Origin: Lingula anatina
Taxonomy: Eukaryota; Animalia; Brachiopoda
Assembly: GCA_051362555.1 (NCBI GenBank)
Contig: CM120649.1
Span: forward strand, 1,736,001 to 1,800,000
Reading direction: 5' to 3'
Length of the DNA stretch: 64,000 nucleotides
The translations under genes were made by a program, and so were the position numbers. The notes under the pieces were generated by a model. The model was not told where the DNA came from and did no database searches. It saw only the letters and a program-made list of their open reading frames with translations. Each line of letters starts with the position of its first letter. Positions within the stretch are counted from its first letter, which is position 1. This document shows positions 1-10,205 of this stretch, piece after piece.

Positions 1-720
1 CACTCTTGACTTAATGGGTCCCCATATGTGTCACGATTATCACAAAGTACACTGTGACACTGGCAATCCATTCTTATGGTTTTAAATTGTAGTTGTCTCA
101 ATGAAACAAATGTATGTGACCACGGTCAAGGAATAGATATCCTTCCTTTTTGTCCTGTGTCAGAACTTGGTCCAAAAGCACTAAAACCAGTTTTATTGCT
201 ATGGTTACATAGCTAATTTTTGGCCAATATTGTGAAAATCTTACAATTGTTAGGTTTCGAAGCCTAATTAAAGACATTAAACCAAGTAGTTTATTTTAGA
301 AAGCCGATTCAGATAAACCGTAGTTTTAACTTTTTGTGGTACTTTTTGCATTATTAGATGTTTGATGTCTCATTTGTCGCTTGTATGCGAAGTGTTGTTA
401 AAATTAACATTTTGACCAATTCTTTGAATTCATTCCAATGATTTGAAATTAAATGACATTCTACGGGCGTGCTAATGGACGCTCGTCGATCCTGCAGATA
501 TGTTTTCCGAGAAAAATGGATTATACTCATTTCTGCTAAACATAAAACAACGGGTATTTACAGAACCTGCGAATGAGTTGCAAAGTTGGTTTTAACAATA
601 TTTGGTTATTAAGATGAACACAGTCTTGACTTGATGGGTCCCCATATGAGTCACGATTATCACAAAGTACACTGTGACACTGGCGATGCATTCTAATAGT
701 TTTAAAAGGGCAGTTATCTG

Positions 721-1241
721 TGTTGTAAAGTTAATTACTTACCCTTACACTCATTACAATTAGTAATAAAAGGGAAATCAAATAGATGAAAAGTTAGAGT
801 GATATTGAGTGCAAGTTAAGCTTAATCGAGTGTCAACAAGTGTAGAACATGTTTTTAGTGTCAGAAGAAGATGGAAAAGATCCAAGGCAATAACATTTAA
901 TGTGATTGGTCAATTTCATAACAGATGTTAATTTTGATCAACTGTTTATCACATGATAACTAAGTTTTGGACATGATTCAAGTATGAGTAATGCAAATAG
1001 TATTTTGGATGAGTTTAGTTGAAAACAAGGTTCTTAGACATTACCTAATAAGGGAATGTACTATGGTAAAGTAAACATGACAATGGAAAGTTTCTGGAAA
1101 TCACGCCATAAACAATAAAAAGAACATGATTACACGCGTGATCAGTACGGAAAATTAGAGTATAAATATGGGTAAAATTGTATGAAAATTAAGTGGTGAA
1201 TAAATGATTGAAGACTCCAGAACCTCGTCGGCGTTATAATA
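721..1241 (+). repeat. 5' LTR (521 bp)
   Basis: Matches 10955-11475 with one visible mismatch (A880 vs G11114). Termini TGTTGTAA...TTATAATA. Confidence 0.97.
1161..1204 (+). promoter_or_regulatory. LTR TATA box (1161-1168) and poly(A) signal AATAAA (1199-1204)
   Basis: TATAAATA followed 38 nt later by AATAAA near the LTR 3' end, the usual U3-R-U5 order. The 3' LTR copy of AATAAA is at 11433-11438. Confidence 0.7.
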
Positions 1242-1243
1242 AA

Positions 1244-1253
1244 TGGTGGAGGA
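1244..1253 (+). promoter_or_regulatory. Primer-binding site, probably tRNA-Ala
   Basis: TGGTGGAGGA lies 2 nt after the 5' LTR. TGGTGGAG is complementary to the ...CUCCACCA 3' end of tRNA-Ala. Confidence 0.7.
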
Positions 1254-1276
1254 AGAAACCGGTCCCGACTCTACCG

Positions 1277-3031
1277 ATGCAAAGTGAACAACCAGAGAAT
1301 TGGAGTCCTCCAGCAGCAAACACTAGAAAAGCTGTACAGAAGAAACAACTAGAGTCAGGTACCGAAGGTAAATCACCACAAAGACTGGAGAAAACACCAA
1401 CTTTATCTCCAGGAACACCTTGTTTTACATGTACTTTTGCTCCAAAATACGTTAAAGAAAGTGAACAAACTTTTGAAATTCTATCATCTAGCAGTGAGTC
1501 GTCCGAAGAAGACGAAACACTACCTGAAAATTCTCACCAACAGACTGTTGTTCAGAAATGCAGTTTGTTAGATCAAGTCGTCGAGCAAAAATCACCATCA
1601 TATTTTTTGAAAGAGGCCAAACCAATTCCAACAACAGCGACAACCAAATTTCCCAAATCATCGAATTTGAAGGGTTATGCATCGTTAAGCAAAAATCCAT
1701 TTCAAACCGTCCAGAATCTCCCATTGTTATTAGCGACGACGACGACAACGACACAACCGACTCCGAATCTTCAACTGTCATCAGCTTTTCCGAAAACGAA
1801 CCCATTATTATCAGCGACGACGACGACAACGACACAACCGACTCCGAATCTTCAACTGTCATCAGCTTTACCGAAAACGAGCCCATTGTTATTAGCGACG
1901 ACGACGAAGACGACAACACAAGCGACTCCGACAACGACAGAGTCCGCTCAGAGTCTCCAATCGTCATTGATCTCAGCGAAGAATAAGGAGCATTATTCGC
2001 TGAACGTTCAAGATCGCCATACGAACAATTTATTAACAATCGAAAAAACTAGCAAGAAAACAATGTCGTCAGATTTAGGGTTGGCTCCTGAAAAATTCAG
2101 AGGAAATGGAGATGAAGATGTAGAGAGATGGTTGACTCATTTTAGAAACTTTGTCAGTTATAAAGAACTAGAAGGAGACCAGATAACGTCCATTTTTCCT
2201 CTCTTGTTAAAGCAGTCAGCTCTTGATTGGTACGAATCTTTGCCATCTAGAGTACAAAAAGACTGGGAATCTCTTGAGGGCGAGTTTCGACAAAGATATC
2301 AGCTTAGAGATGGGGAAACCTGGGCGAAGGCGTCAGAGTTTTTCCGACGAAACCAAAGGCAAGATGAACCAGTTCAAAATTATATAGCGTCGATGAGGCA
2401 TGATGCAAAACGAGCTCGATTAGATGAAGGTACGGCTCTAACCGTAGTAATGAACGGTTTACTACCGGAAATAAGACCTTTCGTGGTGCAAAGGGAACCC
2501 ACCGACTTCGACTCGTTGGTACACCATGCCCGGATTGCAGAGAATGCAGTACAACCCACACGAAGAGATCAGCAGTCCGATATCAAAATGATCACAGAAA
2601 AAATCGACGCCTTAAAAAGCTCCATCAATGACGTTGTCTTGGCCAGTAAGCAGCCTGAAGTACAAATGGTACAGAATCCGAGACAAGTCCCGAGACCAGT
2701 CCCGAGACAGATCCAGAATGTCCGAAACCTCATACCTCCAAGGCCAAGTCCATTGACTTACATGAGAAGGTTCGGTACCAACGGCATCGGCCACGGGCGC
2801 ATCGACCAACGAAACTTACCACTACGACGCCCCGGGTACAAAGCACTGCCAACAAGTCGTCCGAGAAATCAACAGCAACAAAGCTCAATGAAGGGATGGC
2901 CCATGTGTCAAGGATGTGGTGAGTACACACATCTAAGATCTAAGTGTTTCGCTCGCAATTTCAATTGTTTTTATTGTGGCAAAGTAGGGCATTTAGCAAA
3001 AGTTTGTCATGCTGCGCGAGTGAGCAAGTGA
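1277..3031 (+). CDS. gag: Gag (core from ATG 2063, MSSDLGLAPEKF...), with an open 262-codon Thr/Ser/Pro/Gln-rich N-terminal extension from ATG 1277
   Basis: Retrotransposon-gag-like core (PEKFRGNGDEDVERWL...ALDWYESL...EPVQNYI). Two C-terminal CX2CX4HX4C knuckles (CQGCGEYTHLRSKC, CFYCGKVGHLAKVC). True start codon uncertain. Confidence 0.9.
   Translation: MQSEQPENWSPPAANTRKAVQKKQLESGTEGKSPQRLEKTPTLSPGTPCFTCTFAPKYVKESEQTFEILSSSSESSEEDETLPENSHQQTVVQKCSLLDQVVEQKSPSYFLKEAKPIPTTATTKFPKSSNLKGYASLSKNPFQTVQNLPLLLATTTTTTQPTPNLQLSSAFPKTNPLLSATTTTTTQPTPNLQLSSALPKTSPLLLATTTKTTTQATPTTTESAQSLQSSLISAKNKEHYSLNVQDRHTNNLLTIEKTSKKTMSSDLGLAPEKFRGNGDEDVERWLTHFRNFVSYKELEGDQITSIFPLLLKQSALDWYESLPSRVQKDWESLEGEFRQRYQLRDGETWAKASEFFRRNQRQDEPVQNYIASMRHDAKRARLDEGTALTVVMNGLLPEIRPFVVQREPTDFDSLVHHARIAENAVQPTRRDQQSDIKMITEKIDALKSSINDVVLASKQPEVQMVQNPRQVPRPVPRQIQNVRNLIPPRPSPLTYMRRFGTNGIGHGRIDQRNLPLRRPGYKALPTSRPRNQQQQSSMKGWPMCQGCGEYTHLRSKCFARNFNCFYCGKVGHLAKVCHAARVSK
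1558..1986 (+). CDS. Accessory ORF overlapping the gag leader: acidic protein with tandem SUMO-interacting-like motifs
   Basis: 142 aa with PIVISDDDD, PIIISDDDD, PIVISDDDE, PIVIDLSEE and two TVISF[ST]E motifs. Candidate acceptor ttgttcAG at 1554-1555. Differences between repeat copies are synonymous or conservative in this frame. Confidence 0.6.
   Translation: MQFVRSSRRAKITIIFFERGQTNSNNSDNQISQIIEFEGLCIVKQKSISNRPESPIVISDDDDNDTTDSESSTVISFSENEPIIISDDDDNDTTDSESSTVISFTENEPIVISDDDEDDNTSDSDNDRVRSESPIVIDLSEE
1720..1935 (+). repeat. 81-bp tandem repeat, about 2.5 copies, read in two frames
   Basis: Units start at 1720, 1801 and 1882 (ccc att gtt att agc gac gac...). Confidence 0.9.
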
Positions 3032-6000
3032 CTAAGAAAAGGAACATATAGAAAATTCTATAATAAGACTGAAAATAGGAAAGTACCAATTGCGATTATG
3101 TCTAATTACCAAGCTAATAATTTAGTATCAGTTCGCATTGACAAATTACAAGTTAATGCTTTAGTTGACACAGGCGCTGTCATATCTTGTATATCAGAAG
3201 AACTTTTATCAAAATTAGGAAGAAAAGATCGAAACTTATATGAAAAGCCATCATTAAGAGAAGTTACGGTTGTTGATGGATCTGCGATTAAAGTCCTAGG
3301 AAAAATAGAGTTACCTATATGTTTTCAAAATGTGATCATAAAACATAAATTCCATGTATTTAGTCAGATGCCAAGAGGTTTGATATTAGGTACAGACTTT
3401 CTAAAAAAACATAATGTAAAAATTGATTTATCGTCTAATAGCATGACATTGCCTGATTATGATTTGCTCTTGTCCATGTTTAGTCCACATGTATTAGGTT
3501 TAGTACGTAACTTCAAATCAGAATTGATTCCACCCAGATGCGAATGCTTAATTCCTGTGAAAATATCACATTCTTCATTTGTCTCAGTAGCTTTATTAGA
3601 ACCAGTACAAAAACTTGAGTCAAAGAAAAATCTTATTGGAGCAAAATGTTTAGTTTCCATTAATAAAAACAAATCTTACTACAGAATACTAAATCCTAGT
3701 GATGAAAGTATTTTTCTGCCTAAAAGAACAATATTAGCTTCTGCAAGCTCAATTAATCTAGACAGCATAGCTGTTTTAAATGAAATGTCAGAAGGGAATA
3801 AAATACAAAAGGGTGATCATAGGTTATCAGATCATGAAGCGTTACAAAAAGCTGAAGAATTAAATATAAAGTTTACTGATTCAGACATAAGTGAAAATCA
3901 AAAACAACAGCTGAAAATGTTGATAGGACGTAATCGTGATGTTTTTGCTATCAACCTTTCAGAGTTAGGCACAGCAAATATGTATAAACATCGAATTGAC
4001 ACAATAAATGATGTTCCTGTTAAACAAACATTTTATCGTACTTCACCAAAGCTGAAAGAGGAAATTGTTAAACAAGTAGACGAGATGTTAAAACATAGCA
4101 TAATTGAAGAAAGCATGAGTGAATATAGTAGTCCAGTAGTACTTGTAAAAAAGAAAAACGGTGAATATAGATTCGCAATAGATTACCGGAAGTTAAATAA
4201 AGTTACAAAACCTATGCATTGGCCACTACCACGTTTAGATGATATTTTTGAAACAATAGGTACATCAGGCGCTAGATATTTCTCTAGTTTAGATATGGCA
4301 GGTGCATATTGGCAATTACCCCTTGATCCTGAAACTAAACACAAGACTGCTTTCATTACACACCATGGTCATTTTCAATTTTTGCGTTTAGCATTCGGCC
4401 TTCGTAACGCCGGTGTTAGCTACCAGGCTTTAATGAGCCAAATTTTTAAAGACATGAATTGGAAAACTATCCTTATATACATTGACGATATTTTGGTCAT
4501 GAGTAAAACATTTAATGATCATTTAAAACATTTAGAGTTAGTATTTCAAAAACTGAGATCTGCCAATCTTACACTTAAACCATCAAAATGTAAATTTGCA
4601 ACACCAAAAGCTAAATATTTAGGTCATGTAATAGATAAAAATGGAATAAGACCAGACGAGAAAAATCTTGAAGCCATAAAATCGTTTCCAACACCAAAAG
4701 TTGTAAAAGATGTCAGAAGTTTTCTAGGATTGTGTAACTTCTACAGAAAATTTATAAAAGGCTTCAGTAAAATAGCAGAACCCTTAAATAAACTTTTACG
4801 GAAAGACGTACAATTTTTATGGAGTCCTGAATGTGAAGCATCATTTCAAACATTAAAAGAAGCGTTAATTTCACCTCCTATACTAGCTTATCCAGATATG
4901 TCGCGAGAATTTACATTGACAACGGACGCATCTACTTCCGCTATAGGTTATATTTTAGGTCAAAAGAATGAGAACAATCAAGATAGAGTTATTGCGTATG
5001 GAGGAAGATCTTTGAACAACGCGGAAAAGAACTACACAATTCATGAATTAGAATGTTTGGCAGTAATTGAAGGAATAAAGCAATTCGAACAATATTTATC
5101 TAACAACCATTTCAAAGTGTATACAGATAATAAAGCAATATCTTGGTTACAAAATGTTAAACATACAAATGGCAGACTTATCAGTTGGTCATTAAAATTA
5201 CAAGGCCTAGATTTTGAAATAATTCACAGGCCTGGAAAAACAAACCCAGCTGACGCATTATCAAGACGTGATTATGAACCAGTACATGTTTTAGATACTG
5301 TTAACAATAGTCAGTTAAGTAAAGGTCACATGCGTCAAGTTAAACATTGGACCCAAGCTAAACTTTTCTTACCAAAACAAACAGATAAAAGAATGGAGCA
5401 AAGTTTAACTCAATATAATAACATGAACAGTGTTGATGTAACAAATGTAAACGATAAAGAGAAATTAAAAAAAGATCAACGCGAATGCCCTGAGTTTCAA
5501 GATATAATACTTTACCTAGAACAAAATTATTTACCTAGTGACTTAAAACAAGCGCGTAAAATCATAGCAGAATCAGAACAATATGTAATGATAGATGGTA
5601 TTTTGTATCATCTGTATCAACCTCGTACGCGGGGAATGCCAGAAAAGATGAGAATAATAAGACAATTAGCAATTCCAGTAACACTAAGAAGTGATGTTTT
5701 ACATGCATATCATGATTCATTAACAGCCGGTGGTCATCAGGGTTGTGATAGAACATTTGCCTCTATAAGAAATAAATACTTTTGGAGATCACTTTATAAA
5801 GATGTCATGGAATACGTTAAATCATGTGAAGTGTGTCAAAAGGTTAAACAATTGCGTAGAGATGCTCCAGCACCTTTGAACCCTTTACCAATTGCAGGTG
5901 TGTTTGAAAGAATGCACATGGACATTCTAGGACCCTTGATAAAATCAAGAGAAGGATATAAGTATATTCTGTTAGTAACATGCTCTTTTTCCAATTTTGC

Positions 6001-7090
6001 TGAAGCAATACCCTTAAAAACTCAAGAAGCTGAAGAAATAGCTAAAGCTCTTTATAGAGAAGTGTTTACAAGATATGGCTGTCCGTCATATCTCGTTTCT
6101 GATCGCGGAAAGAATTTTTTGTCCCAAATTATTCAATCACTGTGTAAATTGTTCCACATTAAACGCTATCATACTAGCGCATGGCATCCACAAAGTAACG
6201 CAGCCTGTGAAAGAACCAATTCAATAATTGCACAAACATTAAGAGCATATTGCGATAAAGATCAAACTAATTGGCCTGATATTCTTCCAGGTGTAATGAT
6301 GGCATTACGTATGACTCCTTGTACACAATCTACACATTTTTCTCCTTATTATTTAGTATTTGGACGAGAGATGCGTACACCATTAGATAGTGATTTAATT
6401 CCTGAACTTAATGATAACAAAAATCTACATCAATACATTAAGGATTTGAAAAACACTCTGTCAACAGCAAAAGAAATAGCAACAAAGAATAGAGAAACAT
6501 CTCAGAAACAATATAAAGCAAGGTATGATCTTAAATCAAAGCAACCGATTTATAAAATAGGTGATAGAGTTTGGATATATACGCCAATGACACCTAAAGG
6601 GTTAAGTTCAAAATTGTACATCAAGTACAAAGGACCGTATTATATTACGAAGATTTTATCTACGGGTTGCACATATTATTTGAGAGACTGTAAAACGCAT
6701 AAAGAACATACATCACCTGTCCATGCAAACAGATTAAAAATGTACTATGATCCTAAAGACTATAATAAATACACTAGGTTAAATGACAGTAACCTTGAGC
6801 AAGTCAAGACGAACAAGAAGCAAACGAGTATTGAAACACAAGACAAAGATAAACGTGAAACAAAAGAATTGGATCGAACATCAGACGAAAATCAAGATAC
6901 GTACGAATATTATGAAGTAGAGAAATTGTTATGTTGTAAGAATATAAACAGAAAGAGACATTACAAAGTAAAATGGAAGGGTTATAAGAATCCTACTTGG
7001 GAACCCGAAGAAAATATTTCAGATGCATTAAAAAGAGATTATCATATTAATAAAACTTTACAAGGAAGACGAAGAAAACGTAGAAATTAA
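3032..7090 (+). CDS. pol: Pol polyprotein: aspartic protease, dUTPase-like segment, RT, RNase H, integrase, GPY/F, chromodomain; in frame with gag behind a single TGA
   Basis: LVDTGA; YIDD at 4478-4489; TTDAS; H..H..CEVC zinc motif; MDILGP/SDRG/CERTN catalytic triad; KGPY; YEVEK...YKVKWKGY...TWEPEEN at ~6908-7045. No stop between 3032 and the ATG at 3098. Confidence 0.97.
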   Translation, partial: LRKGTYRKFYNKTENRKVPIAIMSNYQANNLVSVRIDKLQVNALVDTGAVISCISEELLSKLGRKDRNLYEKPSLREVTVVDGSAIKVLGKIELPICFQNVIIKHKFHVFSQMPRGLILGTDFLKKHNVKIDLSSNSMTLPDYDLLLSMFSPHVLGLVRNFKSELIPPRCECLIPVKISHSSFVSVALLEPVQKLESKKNLIGAKCLVSINKNKSYYRILNPSDESIFLPKRTILASASSINLDSIAVLNEMSEGNKIQKGDHRLSDHEALQKAEELNIKFTDSDISENQKQQLKMLIGRNRDVFAINLSELGTANMYKHRIDTINDVPVKQTFYRTSPKLKEEIVKQVDEMLKHSIIEESMSEYSSPVVLVKKKNGEYRFAIDYRKLNKVTKPMHWPLPRLDDIFETIGTSGARYFSSLDMAGAYWQLPLDPETKHKTAFITHHGHFQFLRLAFGLRNAGVSYQALMSQIFKDMNWKTILIYIDDILVMSKTFNDHLKHLELVFQKLRSANLTLKPSKCKFATPKAKYLGHVIDKNGIRPDEKNLEAIKSFPTPKVVKDVRSFLGLCNFYRKFIKGFSKIAEPLNKLLRKDVQFLWSPECEASFQTLKEALISPPILAYPDMSREFTLTTDASTSAIGYILGQKNENNQDRVIAYGGRSLNNAEKNYTIHELECLAVIEGIKQFEQYLSNNHFKVYTDNKAISWLQNVKHTNGRLISWSLKLQGLDFEIIHRPGKTNPADALSRRDYEPVHVLDTVNNSQLSKGHMRQVKHWTQAKLFLPKQTDKRMEQSLTQYNNMNSVDVTNVNDKEKLKKDQRECPEFQDIILYLEQNYLPSDLKQARKIIAESEQYVMIDGILYHLYQPRTRGMPEKMRIIRQLAIPVTLRSDVLHAYHDSLTAGGHQGCDRTFASIRNKYFWRSLYKDVMEYVKSCEVCQKVKQLRRDAPAPLNPLPIAGVFERMHMDILGPLIKSREGYKYILLVTCSFSNFAEAIPLKTQEAEEIAKALYREVFTRYGCPSYLVSDRGKNFLSQIIQSLCKLFHIKRYHTSAWHPQSNAACERTNSIIAQTLRAYCDKDQTNWPDILPGVMMALRMTPCTQSTHFSPYYLVFGREMRTPLDSDLIPELNDNKNLHQYIKDLKNTLSTAKEIATKNRETSQKQYKARYDLKSKQPIYKIGDRVWIYTPMTPKGLSSKLYIKYKGPYYITKILSTGCTYYLRDCKTHKEHTSPVHANRLKMYYDPKDYNKYTRLNDSNLEQVKTNKKQTSIETQDKDKRETKELDRTSDENQDTYEYYEVEKLLCCKNINRKRHYKVKWKGYKNPTWEPEENISDALKRDYHINKTLQGRRRKRRN

Positions 7091-7340
7091 AAAGTAGTCT
7101 CTTCAACATGAGTGAGTTCGATAATCAATACACTGGTAAAGAAAAAGATACACACACATTTAAAAAAAAAAAAAGGGTATACTGTACACAAGGTCAAATG
7201 TAAAATTTGGAAATATCAGCCATACAGCTTAACCGAACCCTAAATGATATCCGGATATCTATTTCCTATCTATCCTATCTTTTATTTTTCTTCTCTTTTT
7301 CTTAGATGAGGCTAAGTTGAGCAGTATTCGCTGTAAGCCA

Positions 7341-9747
7341 ATGGCATTGACCTTCAAAGAAATGGTTCTATGGATTCTCGCTATCATGAGCGTTGCATCA
7401 GCTTCCTCGACAAAGATGGAACAACGCATAAATTATGGTATTGAGTTTAGACCATTTACTGATGCACTTTTTTAACGTAGGGCATTGGTATCATTCTTTT
7501 GAGTTAAAATTACCTAGAATTGATGTAATACCAGCTAGGTTAACGCCATGTCCTAATGGTAAAGTTGGGGAAAATAAATTGATAAACCCACGTTGTAAAA
7601 TATGGATAGACGAAGCAATACGAACATTATCAACATTAAAAAATCAAACAATACACGATTTACGATTGACCATGAAGACAATTTTGTATATGATGCCACA
7701 AATTACTTTGCATGATGTTAGATCGAGAAGTCAAAGATCATTGTTACCAACAGGTAATTTATTCAAAATGCTGTTTGGTGTTTCTAGTGAGTCTGATGTT
7801 ACAAATTTACGAAATTATGTTAACAAGTTTAAAAAGGGTACAATTAACTTGTTTACTAAACAAGCACATAAAATGACTTCATTCATAAATATGGTAGACG
7901 ACAGAATGGAAAACATGAAATCTGCCATTGCTCAAAATCATGAAATTGCTCAGAAATTAAGTTTTGATTTGAACATTTATGCTAGAAATAGTGAATTAGC
8001 AGCAGTAATATCAAGATTGTTTGCACACGAAGAAATGGCTAATTCTCAATTATTATTTTCATTTCAAAATCTACTGATGGCATGCATTCAGTTGACAAAA
8101 GGACAATTGTCATCATTTTTAATTCCACCTGAAGAACTGAGTAAAGTACTTACCGGAATTAAAAAAGAGTTACGTACAATGCCAATCCCAATGGAATTAA
8201 TTCACTATGACCCGAAATATTATTTCCACCATGGACAATTTACATACGGTTTATTCAATCGTTCATTGTTTATAAATCTTCAAATCCCTGTAGTATCCAA
8301 TGCACATATTTTGGAAGTGTACGAAGTTATTACGTTTCCGGTTCCACTTAATCAATCCACAAATCATGCATCCCAGATTCTGAATCTTCCTAAATATTTT
8401 GCCATCACCAAAGATAGACAACATTATGCTATTCCTGATGAATTTACTTGGAGACATTGCAAAGGTAGTCATCTTAAACTTTGCAGTTATAACATGCCAC
8501 TCTTGTCTGTTATTCAGCCAGACTGCACTGCTGCATTGTTTTTAGAGATCTCAGATAAAATACAGCTGCTCTGTAATTTTCGATTTGTTTATAATGCAGT
8601 TAAAACACAGATAAAAGATGTTTTGACAAACCAATTACTTTTGATAAACATAACTGACATTACCCTCAGATGTCCTAAAACAACAACTTCACTAAGCGGA
8701 TGTCACTATTGTGTTATTCAAATCCCTTGTTTTTGCAGTTTGAATTTAGATAGTTTTTATCTCCCACCTCGAGTATCAAGTTGTCAAAACAATACTGAAA
8801 TAACAAAGCTCCATCCTATTAATTTGGGTTTATTACAGTACTTTTATTCACCAGAACAAATTTCTAAAATTGGAAGTAATGATTTATTTAATAAACCCTT
8901 AAATTCGAAATCGAATCTTCTACAATTATTTCAACATAACTTTTCCCGTTTTCTCGCCAAAGATTCCATTGATCATTTGAGCCTACAAAAAATGGCCCAT
9001 GCTTCAAAAAGACAAGAGCAAATCTATTCTTCAATGGCAGATGCTATTTTAGCAGACGAAATATTTCCTACAAATAATTCATCTGAGATAAAAATTTGGA
9101 TTTCATTAGGATTATCGGGCTTATTGTTCATGATAACGATTGGCCTAAGTATCAAAGTCAGACAATTGGCATTAATAGTGGCTTTAATGAAAAAGACACG
9201 TGGTAATGAAGTTTTTCCAACTATTCCGCATTGGTTATTAGATACCACAACAAAGCCAAATTATAAACCAAAGGAACTAAATTCCACAGATCCAACAACA
9301 TTTATTATTTTATTAATGCAGATTGTAATTATTATAATTGTTTTGATTTTCATCTTAGAACAAATCTGGAGAAGGTTTTTCAAATCAAAAAGAAATACTT
9401 TAGTTTTAGAGATTTCTAACAATGAACATTGTATATCAATTCCAATTAAAAATCTATCATTTTGTCCAAAATACTGGGTTTTTCAAAGTGATCATTTTTC
9501 GTTTGATATTTTAAGAGTTGAAGGAATTTACAGACCATATTTGATGATAAATTGGCATGGTTTGCAAATTACAAACCTCATAAATCGAAAGACCATTATT
9601 TTGGAAGAGGCTATCCCGTTAAAAACGTTTACAGCATTTCGCTTAAGGAGATTACTTAAAAGCGAATATTATGCGTTTTTGTGTATTAAACATGCTAATG
9701 CACTTTTCTATGTTCAGTTCGAGACATTTGAGCACAATATAGAATGA
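7341..9747 (+). CDS. env: Envelope fusion glycoprotein (baculovirus F / errantivirus Env-like) with a +1 frameshift at 7468-7473
   Basis: Signal peptide MALTFKEMVLWILAIMSVASA then QRINYGIEF in the 7341 frame, which stops at CTT TTT TAA; the protein continues in the 7435 ORF. RSQR cleavage site (7726-7737) followed by a fusion-peptide-like SLLPTGNLFKMLFGVSSESD. Heptad-rich and Cys-rich regions. Hydrophobic segments at ~9094-9153 and ~9301-9369. Strong polypyrimidine acceptor AG at 7304-7305. Confidence 0.88.
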
Positions 9748-10205
9748 TTTTGATCAAAACTTGGCATGACTTGCTACTCTTGTCTAATAATACAACACAA
9801 TACAATGATTTTTGCGAGTGAACTGTTATAACACGAAGATGTGTGTACAAACATAAAATGACATTTCCATGACTTGAAGATTGAATTTTCTTGATTGTTA
9901 ATTTGATATCAAACACTGATATATGTATTATTATCATGATAATGACTTTGAGAAATGCACAAAGTTATTTTCAATTTGATTCTTGAAGATTACTACTATT
10001 ATGTAATATTATAATACTTATTATTAAAATCATTCACTATTTTATTTGAGTTTTGACATATTGATTTTAGTTATCTATAATATATTATGTAAAATGTAGT
10101 CATTATAATTAGTATATTTTATTTCAATTGTTAAGTATTTAATATTGATATTAAACATTTGTTAATCAATTAGAATGAATTATAATATGTTCTATTTTTT
10201 TTCAG

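Noticed and set aside
1208-1276. ORF-track start of gag at 1208
   Set aside because: It is a TTG inside the LTR. The first in-frame ATG is 1277 and the gag core starts at 2063.
1921-1986. Direct splice fusing the SIM ORF to the BTB exon
   Set aside because: No phase-1 GT donor near the end of the SIM frame before its TAA, so the two would be separate proteins.
1488-2039. 183-aa antisense ORF
   Set aside because: Reverse-complement shadow of the GAC-rich repeat, with no independent motif or promoter.
7435-7473. ATG 7435 as the env start
   Set aside because: It has no signal peptide. The real N-terminus is in the 7341 frame, upstream of the T-run frameshift.
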